Shown here: positions 26,964-36,545 of the stretch, piece after piece
How the letters are laid out: every line of letters starts with the position of its first letter
Numbering within the stretch: position 1 is the stretch's first letter
DNA from: an uncultured Collinsella sp.
GTDB taxonomy: Bacteria; Actinomycetota; Coriobacteriia; Coriobacteriales; Coriobacteriaceae
Length of the DNA: 64,000 nucleotides
Assembly (NCBI GenBank): GCA_958433005.1
Contig: CAUAWV010000007.1
Coordinates: 6,071-70,070 of the forward strand
Reading direction: 5' to 3'
Made by a program: the position numbers and the translations under genes
Notes under the pieces: model-generated
Told to the model about the DNA's origin: nothing
What the model saw: the letters and a program-made list of their open reading frames with translations, nothing else
The model's database searches: none

Positions 26964-29186
26964 ATGGAGAAGCATAAAGTGATCTGCCCGTATTGCGGCG
27001 CCGGTTGCCAGTTTAACCTCTTGGTCCAAAACGGCCAGGTCGTGGGTACCGAACCGCTCAACGGCATCACCAACCAGAGCGAGCTGTGCCTTAAGGGCAT
27101 GAGCGGCTACGACTTCATCAACGACACCAAGATCTTGACTCCTCGCGTACTGCACCCGATGATCCGCCGCACTAAGGGCGCGGATCTTGAGCGCGTAAGC
27201 TGGGACGAGGCACTGGATTTCACCGCATCTAAGATGCAGGCCATAATTGACGAATATGGTCCTAACGCTGTCATGACCACCGGCTCTTCGCGAGGCGGCG
27301 GCAATGAGGCGAACTACGTCATGCAGAAGTTTACGCGCGCGTGCATCGGCACCCACAGCGTGGACAACTGCGCCCGTACTTGACACGGCCCTACTGTCCT
27401 CGGTCTGATGGACACGGTTGGTTCAGGTTGCATGTCATGCTCCATCCCCGGTATGGAGGATGCGGGCTGCATTTTCCTCTTCGGCTATAACCCTGCCGAT
27501 TCGCACCCCATCGTCGCAAGGCGTATCGTGCGAGCCAAAGAAAAGGGTTGCAAGATCATCGTCGCCGACCCGCGCCATATCGAAACCGCGCGTATCGCCG
27601 ATATCTACCTTCCGATCAAGAACGGTTGCAACGTTGCGTTCCTCAACGCCTTTGCCAACTGCTTGGTCAACGATGGCCTCTACGACAAGGAATTCGTCGC
27701 CGAGCACACGAACGGCTTTGACGAGTGGTGGGAGACCATCAAGAACTACACTCCCGAATCCGTACAGGACATCACGGGTGTCGAGCCCGCGCTGATCCAC
27801 CAAGCTGCCGAGATGTACGCCACGGCGAAGCCCTCTGCCATCATTGGCTGGGGCATGGGCGTATGCCAGCAGAAGCAGAACCTGAAGACGGTGCACACCA
27901 TCGCCTCCATCGCCTGCGTTGCCGGCCAGATCGGCAAACCCAATTCCGGCCTCGCGCCCGTGCGCGGTCAGAACAACGTCCAGGGCTCCTGCGATATGGG
28001 CATGCTGCCCAACCTGTATCCTGGCTACCAGAAAGTCACCGACCCGGCTGTGCGTGCCAAGTTTGCCAAGGCTTGGGGCGTGCCCGAGGAAAAGCTCCCG
28101 CTCGAGGAGGGCTACAAGCTCACCGACCTGGGCCACCTGGTCGACGAGGGCAAGGTGCACTGCTTCTACAACTACGGCGAGGACCCGGTGCAGACCGAGC
28201 CCGATTCGGCCGGTATGCGCAAGACGCTCTCCGAGCTGGACCTGTTCATTTGCCAGGACATCTTTATGACGCAGACGACCATGCTCGCCGACGTCATCCT
28301 GCCCGCCACCTCTTGGGGCGAGCACGAGGGTGTCTTTACCGCATCCGACCGTAGCTTCCAGCACTTTGACGCGGCCGTTCCGCCCAAGGGCGAGTGCCGC
28401 CACGACTGGGAGATCTTCGCGGACCTGTCCACGCGCATGGGCTATCCCATGCACTACGACAACACCGAGCAGATCTGGAACGAGTGCATTAGCCTGTGCC
28501 CCAACTTTGTGGGCGCGACCTACGAGAAGATGGCTCCCGAGGGCGGCTACGCCCAGTGGCCCGTCAAGAGCACCGATGTGAACGACCACGGCACGGCCGA
28601 CATGTTCGCTGGTGGCAAGTTCACCACCAAGGACGGCCGCGCCAACCTGATGGCGCACGACTGGGAGGCGCCCTCCGAGCTTCCCGACGATGAGTACCCG
28701 CTCATCCTGTGCACCGTCCGCGAGGTCGGCCACTACAGCTGCCGCTCGATGACCGGCAACTGCAAGACGCTGGCGCTGCTTGCCGACGAGCCCGGCTTTG
28801 TCCGCATGAATCCCGCGGACGCCCAGGCGCGCGGCATCAAGAACGGCGACATCGTCTCGATTCACAGCCGCCGCGGCCAGGTATACAGCCGCGCCGACGT
28901 GAGCGATCGCATCAACAAGGGCACGGTCTATATGACCTACCAGTGGTGGATCGGCAAGTGCAACGAGCTGACCATTCACAAGGTCGACCCGGTCTCGCAT
29001 ACGCCCGAGGACAAGTTCTCCGCCTGCCAGGTCGACGCTATCGCCGACCAGGTCTGGGCCGAGGGCGAGGTCGAGCGTCAGTACACCGAGCTCAAGCAGG
29101 CTCTGGTGGACGCCGCCGCTCCCCAGGACGTTGAGCCCGGCGCCGCCAAGTTCGACGATGAGACGCACGTGAACCAAATCGTGTAG
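26964..29186 (+). CDS. fdhF: Formate dehydrogenase H catalytic subunit (molybdopterin; selenocysteine-containing) with in-frame UGA (Sec) at 27381..27383.
   Basis: ORFs 26913..27383 and 27408..29186 are in one frame and are separated only by TGA within 'SVDNCART-U-HGPTVLG'. This is the conserved FdhF Sec site (E. coli 'VDNCARV-U-HGPSV'). N-terminal Cys cluster 'CPYCGAGCQ'. A hairpin with a GGTCTG-containing loop starts 11 nt after the UGA (SECIS candidate, 27394..27415). Confidence 0.85.
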
Positions 29187-29207
29187 TCCCGTTCTCGTTG
29201 GCTTTTT

Positions 29208-29250
29208 GGGCCGGGCGTCCCGTACGTTCGGGAGCCCGGCCCGTTATTTT
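29208..29250 (+). terminator. GC-rich hairpin with a T-tract between fdhF and hyfA (attenuator or terminator).
   Basis: gggccgggc...gcccggccc followed by gttatttt. Confidence 0.5.
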
Positions 29251-29264
29251 GAAAGGAAGTGGGG

Positions 29265-29882
29265 ATGAACCGCTTCATCGACATCAACCCGGAGAGGTGC
29301 ATCGGCTGCGGAACATGCCAGTCTGCCTGTGCCGACGCCCACCGGATGCAGGGTCTTCAGGATACGCCGCGTCTGGCGCTCGTGAAGACCGGCGGTATTT
29401 CGGCCGCCCTTGCCTGCCACCATTGCGAGGGTGCCCCCTGCGCCGAGGTCTGCCCGGTGAATGCCATCGAGCACGATGGCGATCGCATCCACGTCAAGGA
29501 GCAGGAGTGCATCGGGTGCAGGCTGTGCGCCATTGCGTGCCCCTTCGGAGCCATCCATCCCGATGGCACGTCTATCGCCGGTGTCGCAGGCATGTGCGAT
29601 CCGACGCCTTCGTATCCTAAGTCCCTGAGCAGCCTGCTTACGTGGGCTCCTGGCCAGTACACCTGCGCTGTCAAGTGCGACCTGTGCGCCTTCGATCCGG
29701 ACGGCCCGCATTGTGTGGCGGCGTGCCCCACCAAGGCGCTGACCGTCATGGGCGGCGCGGCCGATCGCGAGCTCGACGAGGCCAAGCGCCTGCGCTCGAT
29801 CGAAAACGGTCCGGCTGTCGACGTTACCGCTGTGGCCCAGGGTCTGTCCGAGAAAGCAGAAGGGAGCGTAAACAATGGATAG
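29265..29882 (+). CDS. hyfA: Hydrogenase-4 component A-like 4Fe-4S ferredoxin (HyfA/HycB family).
   Basis: 'CIGCGTCQSACADAH', 'CHHCEGAPCAEVCP', 'CIGCRLCAIACP', 'CDLCAF...CVAACP'. About 206 aa, as E. coli HyfA. Confidence 0.75.
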   Translation: MNRFIDINPERCIGCGTCQSACADAHRMQGLQDTPRLALVKTGGISAALACHHCEGAPCAEVCPVNAIEHDGDRIHVKEQECIGCRLCAIACPFGAIHPDGTSIAGVAGMCDPTPSYPKSLSSLLTWAPGQYTCAVKCDLCAFDPDGPHCVAACPTKALTVMGGAADRELDEAKRLRSIENGPAVDVTAVAQGLSEKAEGSVNNG

Positions 29883-31893
29883 CATGACGCTGTTTATCGC
29901 ATCGCTTGCCGTCTCGTGCATCGGTGCGCTCGCCTCGGTTCTGCTGATTAAGGCCGACAACGCCGCCAAGACCGCCGGCTGCCTGATCGGCGCCGTCGCG
30001 GCCGTGCTGTCGTTCATCGCGGGCCTCGAGGCCGTGCTTGGCGACGTTTCGTCCCTCAACACGGTCTTCTTCTTCCCGTTCGCCCGTCTCGAGCTCTTGC
30101 TCAACGGCCTTGCGGGCCTGATCGTGGTCCTCATCTCGATTCTCGCCTTTGCGGGCTTCATCTACGGTCTGTCCTACTTCGACGAGTACCCGGGCAAGGT
30201 CGGGCGCGCCGGCTTCTTTATGAACACCTTCGTCGCCTCGATGATGCTCGTCATCACCGCCGATAACGTGTTCTGGTTCCTGGTCGCCTTTGAGCTCATG
30301 TCCCTTACGAGCTACTTCCTTGTCGTTATCGAGGAGAACAAGAACTCCATTAGGGGCGGTTGGCTCTACTTCGTCATCGCGCACGTCGGCTTCGTTCTCA
30401 TCATGGCGAGCTTCCTGCTCATGACCAACGGCGTGGGCGGTTCCTTCAGCTTCAGTGATTTCCGTACGTATGACTTTGGACCCGCCGTCTCCTCCGCGTG
30501 CTTCGTCCTCGCGTTCTTCGGATTTGGCGCGAAGGCCGGTATCATTCCGCTGCACTCCTGGCTGCCCCAGGCGCACCCCGAGGCGCCGTCCAACGTGTCC
30601 GCCCTCATGTCCGGCGGCATGATCAAGATCGGCATCCTGGGAATCCTCAAGGTCGGTCTCGACCTGCTCGCGGGTTCGGGCATCCAGCTCTGGTGGGGCC
30701 TCATGGTCCTGGTCTTCGGATCCATCTCGTCGGTCCTGGGTGTCGTCTATGCCCTCCACGAGCACGACATCAAGCGCCTGCTTGCCTATCACTCCGTCGA
30801 GAACATCGGCATCATCTTGCTCGGTGTCGGCGCGTCCATGACGGCGCACGCCCTGGGCAACGACGTCATCGCGACGATCGCGCTCATGGCCGCCCTCTAC
30901 CACACGCTCAACCACGCCATGTTCAAGGGCGAGCTGTTCCTCGGCGCGGGCTCCCTGCTCTATGCCACGGGTACGCGCAACATGGAGAAGATGGGCGGTC
31001 TGTTCCGCCGCATGCCGGTCACGGCCGTCTGCTTCCTCATCGGTGCCCTTGCCATCTCGGCCATCCTGCCGCTCAACGGCTTCGTTTCCGAGTGGTTCAC
31101 CTACCAGTCCCTGTTCAACATCTCGACGCTCTCCGACCCGGTCGTCATGGTGTTCGCCGTCGCCTCCGCGGCCGCCCTCGCCATCACCGGTGCCCTGGCC
31201 GTCACGTGCTTCGTGAAGGCCTACGGCGTCTCGTTCGCGAGCAGCCCTCGTTCCCAGGAGGCCGCGAACGCCAAGGAGTCCCCGGCTCCGATGTTGTTCT
31301 CGCAGATGCTCCTCGCGGCCATCTGCGTGGTACTGGGAATCGGCTCCCCGGTCATCGCCCCGGTTCTGGGCGACGTCGCCCAGAGCGTGCTTGCCGGCTC
31401 CGCCGTCACAGCCACCTCGGGCGTGTCTCTCGTGAACGAGATTTCCGGTGCCGCCACCTCCACCCCCGCGATCGCCATCGCGCTCGTGGTCCTCACCGGC
31501 CTCGCGTTCGCGTTGAGGTCCTGCCTCGGCGCCAAGGCCCCCGCTAAGAAGACCGACCCTTGGGCGTGCGGCTACGAGCCCAACGAGCACATGCCCGTCG
31601 TCGCCACGAGCTTCGCGTCCGACGTCGAACTCTTCATGGGCCCGCTCTACACCCTGCGCGAGGTATGCACCAAGATCTGCTGGTCCATCGCGCACGTGTT
31701 CCAGAAGCTCACCGGTGTCGCCCAGGGCGTCGAGCCCCTGCCCGACCGTTTCCTGGTCGATGCACCGAGCGAGGGTGCCGACAAGCTGGCCGGCCTCGCC
31801 TCCAAGATCGAGGGCGGCAACTACTCCGTATACATCTGCTACATCGTCGCGGCGCTCGTGGTCTTCCTCGTGCTCGCCGTGGTCATGGTCTAG
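29875..31893 (+). CDS. hyfB: Hydrogenase-4 membrane subunit B (NuoL/MnhA-like antiporter subunit).
   Basis: 672 aa polytopic protein, the same length as E. coli HyfB. NuoL-like motifs (HSWLPxAxxxPxxVSALxxxxxMxxxG). Confidence 0.75.
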   Translation: MDSMTLFIASLAVSCIGALASVLLIKADNAAKTAGCLIGAVAAVLSFIAGLEAVLGDVSSLNTVFFFPFARLELLLNGLAGLIVVLISILAFAGFIYGLSYFDEYPGKVGRAGFFMNTFVASMMLVITADNVFWFLVAFELMSLTSYFLVVIEENKNSIRGGWLYFVIAHVGFVLIMASFLLMTNGVGGSFSFSDFRTYDFGPAVSSACFVLAFFGFGAKAGIIPLHSWLPQAHPEAPSNVSALMSGGMIKIGILGILKVGLDLLAGSGIQLWWGLMVLVFGSISSVLGVVYALHEHDIKRLLAYHSVENIGIILLGVGASMTAHALGNDVIATIALMAALYHTLNHAMFKGELFLGAGSLLYATGTRNMEKMGGLFRRMPVTAVCFLIGALAISAILPLNGFVSEWFTYQSLFNISTLSDPVVMVFAVASAAALAITGALAVTCFVKAYGVSFASSPRSQEAANAKESPAPMLFSQMLLAAICVVLGIGSPVIAPVLGDVAQSVLAGSAVTATSGVSLVNEISGAATSTPAIAIALVVLTGLAFALRSCLGAKAPAKKTDPWACGYEPNEHMPVVATSFASDVELFMGPLYTLREVCTKICWSIAHVFQKLTGVAQGVEPLPDRFLVDAPSEGADKLAGLASKIEGGNYSVYICYIVAALVVFLVLAVVMV

Positions 31894-31910
31894 AGAGGGG
31901 AGAGGATATT

Positions 31911-32834
31911 ATGAACATCGTTCTTGCGATGGCGCAGGGCCTCGTGGTCATGCTGGTCGCGCCCTTCTTCTCCGGCCTCGCCCGTGTGATTCGCGCGAAG
32001 ATGCACAATCGCCGCGGTCCGTCCATCCTTCAGGATTACCGGGACCTCGCGAAGCTCATGGCGCGTCCCGAGTCCGTGAGTTCCGACTCGAGCTTCGTGC
32101 TGCGCATCATGCCGCCGCTGTTCCTCGCGGTGTCGTTTATGCTCGCCATGGGCCTGCCCATGTTCACGCTCCAGAGCCCCATGCCCGTCTTTGGTGACGC
32201 CATCACCATCATGTACGCGCTCGCGCTGTCCCGCTTCTTCTTCGCGCTGTCCGGCGTGGATTCCTCCAACGCCTACGCGGGCTTCGGCGGTATCCGCGAG
32301 CTCCTCATGAGCGTGCTCATCGAGCCGTCCATGCTCATCGCGCTGTTCACCGTCGCCATCGTGTGCGGCTCCACGGACATTGCGACCATGGGTCAGCACA
32401 TCGTTACGGGCAACGTCTCGAGCGTCGTCGCCGTTATCCTCGCCGGCGTCGCCTTCGCGGCCGCCTGTTACATGGAGCTCGGCAAGCTTCCGTTCGATCA
32501 GGCCGAAGCCGAGCAGGAGCTCCAGGAGGGCCCGCTCGCCGAGCTCTCCGGCCCGTCCCTGGCCATGATGAAGCTCGCCATGGGCATGAAGCAGGTCGTG
32601 GTCGTCGCTTGGTTCACCTCCATCTTCATCCCCTGGGGAGAGCCCGCGACCATCGGCGTCACCGCTCTCGTGGGCGCCGTCGTCTTCCTCGTCAAGTGCC
32701 TGGTCGATTTCGTCGTCTGCGGCGTGCTCGAGAACTCCGTTTCCCGTTCGCGCTTCAAGGTGCTCGGTAACCAGACCTGGGCCGTCGTCGGCATCGCGGT
32801 CCTCGCGTTCGTCTTCGTCGTCGTAGGCGTGTAG
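31911..32834 (+). CDS. hyfC: Hydrogenase-4 / formate hydrogenlyase membrane subunit (NuoH-like; HyfC/HycD).
   Basis: 'MNIVLAMAQGLVVMLVAPFFSGLARVIRAKMHNRRGPSILQDYRDL' is NuoH/HycD-like. The ORF-track extension (31560) is rejected. Confidence 0.75.
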   Translation: MNIVLAMAQGLVVMLVAPFFSGLARVIRAKMHNRRGPSILQDYRDLAKLMARPESVSSDSSFVLRIMPPLFLAVSFMLAMGLPMFTLQSPMPVFGDAITIMYALALSRFFFALSGVDSSNAYAGFGGIRELLMSVLIEPSMLIALFTVAIVCGSTDIATMGQHIVTGNVSSVVAVILAGVAFAAACYMELGKLPFDQAEAEQELQEGPLAELSGPSLAMMKLAMGMKQVVVVAWFTSIFIPWGEPATIGVTALVGAVVFLVKCLVDFVVCGVLENSVSRSRFKVLGNQTWAVVGIAVLAFVFVVVGV

Positions 32835-32850
32835 GGAGAAGGGAGAAACT

Positions 32851-34308
32851 ATGTCAATCGAATCGAGCTTGTCCCTCTTTGCCATGGTGGCGATCGCCGT
32901 CCCCATGCTGGGCTCCCTGCTCATCGTCATGCTGCCGCGTCCCTACGCTAAATGGATCTGCGCCTTTGCCGGCGGCATCGCCACGGTCGCTTCCGTTGGC
33001 TTGGCCGCGACGTTTGCCGGAAACGGCATGAACGCGGTCGATGTAACCTGGGCGAGTATGGGCCAGACCTTGGTCATGGGCTTCATATTCGACCGGATGA
33101 GCACGCTGCTCGCACCCGCGTTCGTCGCTATCGGCCTGCTCGTCGTCATCTATTCGTTCCCGTACATGAGCGATAAGAATAAGGAGCATCCCGACGCGCC
33201 CCGTCGTCGCTTCTACGTGTACTTCTCCACGTTCATCGGCGCCATGGCCGGTCTCGCCTACAGCTCCACCATCGTCGGCCAGCTCGTTTTCTTCGAGATC
33301 ACCGGTGTGTGCTCCTGGGGCCTCATCAGCTACTACATGACGCCCACGGCCAAGAAGGCCGGTATGAAGGCGCTCATCATCACCCATATCGGCGCTCTGG
33401 GACTCTACATCGGCGCGGCCTTCCTGTTCGCCGGAACCGGCACGTTCGCGCTGAGCGCGATCTCCCAGCTCGATTCCGGTATGAAGACCGTCGTGCTGCT
33501 GCTCATCCTGTTCGCTGCTTGGGCCAAGTCCGCCCAGTTCCCGCTCTACATGTGGCTGCCCTCCGCAATGGAGGCCCCCACGCCCGTTTCCGCCTACCTT
33601 CATGGCGCGTCCATGGTTAAGGTCGGCGTGTGCGTGTTCGCCCGCGCTCTTGCGAGCGCCGGCGATATCCCCGAGATCGTCGGTTGGGTCGCCATCATCG
33701 ACGCCGTCGTGACCATGCTCTTCGGCTTCCTCATGTACCTGCCCCAGAAGGATATGAAGCGCCTGCTCGCCTTCTCGACGATCGCGCAGCTCGCCTACGT
33801 GTTCTTTGGCCTGGGCCTCTCCGTGTTCGGAAGCCAGATGGCGTTTAACGGCGCCGTCGAGCACATCTTCAACCACGCGTTCACCAAGACCCTGTTCTTC
33901 CTCATCGCTGGCTCTCTCAGCTTCACGCTGGGAACCCGTATGCTGCCCAAGATCCAGGGCCTCATGAAGAAGTACCCGGTCACGGGCGTGGGCTTTGCGG
34001 TCGCCGCGACCGCTATCGCCGGCGTGCCCCCCATGAGCACGTTCTTTTCCAAGTTCCAGATCATTTCCGGTGGCTTCGCGGTTGGTGCTACCAACACGGT
34101 CATCTTTGTCCTCGTGTGCGTCATGGTCGTCGAGACCGTCGCTACCTTCGCATGGTTCCTGCGTTGGATGGGTAAGGTCCTGCCCGGTGAGCCGAGCGAG
34201 ACCGTGGCCGCCGGCCAGCCCCTTCCGCGCGCCATGGCGTTCGTGTTCGTCGTCCTCATGATCATGGTCGTCGTCGCCGGTCCTCTGTCCTCTAGTTGGA
34301 TGGGTTAG
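32851..34308 (+). CDS. hyfD: Hydrogenase-4 membrane subunit D (NuoM/N-like).
   Basis: 485 aa membrane protein with antiporter-like motifs ('WLPSAMEAPTPVSAYLHGASMVKVG'). Confidence 0.7.
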   Translation: MSIESSLSLFAMVAIAVPMLGSLLIVMLPRPYAKWICAFAGGIATVASVGLAATFAGNGMNAVDVTWASMGQTLVMGFIFDRMSTLLAPAFVAIGLLVVIYSFPYMSDKNKEHPDAPRRRFYVYFSTFIGAMAGLAYSSTIVGQLVFFEITGVCSWGLISYYMTPTAKKAGMKALIITHIGALGLYIGAAFLFAGTGTFALSAISQLDSGMKTVVLLLILFAAWAKSAQFPLYMWLPSAMEAPTPVSAYLHGASMVKVGVCVFARALASAGDIPEIVGWVAIIDAVVTMLFGFLMYLPQKDMKRLLAFSTIAQLAYVFFGLGLSVFGSQMAFNGAVEHIFNHAFTKTLFFLIAGSLSFTLGTRMLPKIQGLMKKYPVTGVGFAVAATAIAGVPPMSTFFSKFQIISGGFAVGATNTVIFVLVCVMVVETVATFAWFLRWMGKVLPGEPSETVAAGQPLPRAMAFVFVVLMIMVVVAGPLSSSWMG

Positions 34309-34318
34309 GAGGTAGGAC

Positions 34319-34972
34319 ATGGGTTATTCGTTAGTCAATATCCTGGGCGGTCTTCTGATCGTGACCTCCACCATGGTGGTCGTCTCGAAGACCATCCCGT
34401 CCGCCATCAAGTGGTACGCGATCCAGTCGGTTGTCCTGGTGGGCGTGCTGCTCACCCTGGGCCTCACCACCGGTGCCACCGAGCTTCTCATGTGGGCCGC
34501 GTCGGCCTTCGTCACCAAGGTGATCCTCGTTCCGTTCATTCTCAACCGTGCCTACAAGAAGATGGGTTCGCCTGCCGATAGCACGCTGACCTCCTCCATC
34601 AAGCCGGCCTGGACCATCATCCTCACCGGTCTGGAGGTGGCCGTCTGCTTCGCGGTGGTCACGCGCCTGAGCCTGCCCACCGCCGAGGTGGCCACTCCGG
34701 CCCTCGCCATCAGCTTCGCGCACTTCTTCGTCGGCCTCACGTGCATCATCTCCCAGCGCAACATCCTCAAGCAGATCTTCGGGTACTGCCTTATGGAGAA
34801 CGGTAGCCACGTGACGCTCGCTCTGCTCGCGCCCACGGCCCCCGAGATCATCGAGATCGGCATCGCCACCGACGCCATCTTCGCCGTCATCATCATGTCC
34901 GCCGTCGTCGTGAGGATTTGGAACGACACCAAGTCGCTCGACTCCCACGACCTGACCGAATTGAAGGGGTAG
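34319..34972 (+). CDS. hyfE: Hydrogenase-4 membrane subunit E.
   Basis: 217 aa, about 6 TM, at the hyfE position and with HyfE length. Confidence 0.65.
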   Translation: MGYSLVNILGGLLIVTSTMVVVSKTIPSAIKWYAIQSVVLVGVLLTLGLTTGATELLMWAASAFVTKVILVPFILNRAYKKMGSPADSTLTSSIKPAWTIILTGLEVAVCFAVVTRLSLPTAEVATPALAISFAHFFVGLTCIISQRNILKQIFGYCLMENGSHVTLALLAPTAPEIIEIGIATDAIFAVIIMSAVVVRIWNDTKSLDSHDLTELKG

Positions 34973-34975
34973 GCC

Positions 34976-36541
34976 ATGGATGTTTCAATGCTGACGGTCG
35001 CCCTGCTCGCTTGTCCTCTCGTGTTCTCCCTGATTATGGCTGCGCTCCCCAAGACGACGTCCTACAACGTCTTCGCAGGGCTCAACACCATCTCCGTCGC
35101 GGCGACCCTTGTCCTTTCGGTCGTCACCGCGGGAACCATGCTCTCGAGCGGGCAGAATATCGACGCTTTGGGCCTGTGGCTCCATCTCGATTCGCTCTCG
35201 TCGATCTTCGTCCTTCTGGTAGGCATCATCGGGTTCATCACCGGCGTGTACTCAATCTCCTATATCAAGATCGATATCGAGGAGAAGACCATGCCGGCCG
35301 AGCGCACCAAGCAGTACTACGCGCTGTTCAGCCTGTTCGTCTTCACGATGCTGCTCGCCTGCCTGTCCAACAACATCATCCTCACCTGGGCGGCGGTCGA
35401 GGCCACTACGCTGTCGACCGTGTTCCTCGTGGGCATCTACAAGAACAAGCAGGCGCTCGAGGCGTCTTGGAAGTACGCGATGGTCTGCACCGCCGGTGTG
35501 GCCTTCGGCCTGTTCGGCACGCTGCTCATCTACGCGAACGCCGCCGATATCATGCCCAACGCGCATGAGGCCGCCTTCCTCACCTCCATCATGCCCTACG
35601 CCGACCAGTTCGACCCGATGCTCGTGCGCCTCGCGTTCGCGTTCATCGTCATCGGCTTCGGCACCAAGGCGGGCCTGTTCCCCATGCACACCTGGCTGCC
35701 CGACGCGCACTCCCAGGCTCCGAGCCCGGTCTCCGCGCTGCTCTCGGGCGTGCTGCTCAAGTGCGCCATGCTGGTGATCATCCGCTTCTACTCCCTGTCC
35801 ATCATCACGGTGGGCGACACCTATCCGCGAACGCTCCTGCTCATCCTGGGCACGCTGTCCATCCTGGTGGCTGCCCTGTGCATCTTCAAGCAGGACGATA
35901 TCAAGCGCCGCTTCGCGTACTCCTCCGTCGACAACGTCGGCGTGGTCGCGCTGTGCCTGGGTATCGGTGGCCCGCTCGGTATCGCCGCCTGCCTGCTGCA
36001 CTGCATCTTCCACGGCTTCACGAAGGCGCTCGCCTTCTGCATGGCCGGTAACATCCAGCACATCTACCACACCCGCGACCTGAACAAGATCAAGGGCGTC
36101 GTCGAGATCGCTCCCGTCACGGCAGCGCTCACCATCATCGCCCTGCTCGCGCTCGCCGCCTTCCCGCCGTTCGCCCTGTTCATCTCCGAGTTCCTCACCT
36201 TCGTGGCCGGCGTTCAGTCCGGTCCCATCTGGGTGGTCGTGCTCGTGGCCATCGGCCTCACCGGCGTGTACTTCGCCCTTACCGGCATCGCGCTCAAGTC
36301 CATCTTCGGCAAGGCGCCCGAGGGCATGAAGCGCCACGAGGTGCCCGCCCTCATGATCATCCCCGAGATCGCCCTCGCGATCGTGGTCATGTGGTTCGGT
36401 ATCGCCACCCCGGTCGCCATCACGAGCGGCGTCGAGGATGCAACGTCCGTCGTTTTGAACCAGAGCGTCGAAGAGCTCCACGAGGCCCCTCTCTACCGCA
36501 TGGTGTTCAGTTCCCAGACCAAGACAAGTGAGGTGAATTAG
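34976..36541 (+). CDS. hyfF: Hydrogenase-4 membrane subunit F (NuoN/L-like).
   Basis: 521 aa. 'HTWLPDAHSQAPSPVSALLSGVLLKCAM' is the antiporter-subunit signature. Confidence 0.7.
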   Translation: MDVSMLTVALLACPLVFSLIMAALPKTTSYNVFAGLNTISVAATLVLSVVTAGTMLSSGQNIDALGLWLHLDSLSSIFVLLVGIIGFITGVYSISYIKIDIEEKTMPAERTKQYYALFSLFVFTMLLACLSNNIILTWAAVEATTLSTVFLVGIYKNKQALEASWKYAMVCTAGVAFGLFGTLLIYANAADIMPNAHEAAFLTSIMPYADQFDPMLVRLAFAFIVIGFGTKAGLFPMHTWLPDAHSQAPSPVSALLSGVLLKCAMLVIIRFYSLSIITVGDTYPRTLLLILGTLSILVAALCIFKQDDIKRRFAYSSVDNVGVVALCLGIGGPLGIAACLLHCIFHGFTKALAFCMAGNIQHIYHTRDLNKIKGVVEIAPVTAALTIIALLALAAFPPFALFISEFLTFVAGVQSGPIWVVVLVAIGLTGVYFALTGIALKSIFGKAPEGMKRHEVPALMIIPEIALAIVVMWFGIATPVAITSGVEDATSVVLNQSVEELHEAPLYRMVFSSQTKTSEVN

Positions 36542-36545
36542 CACC

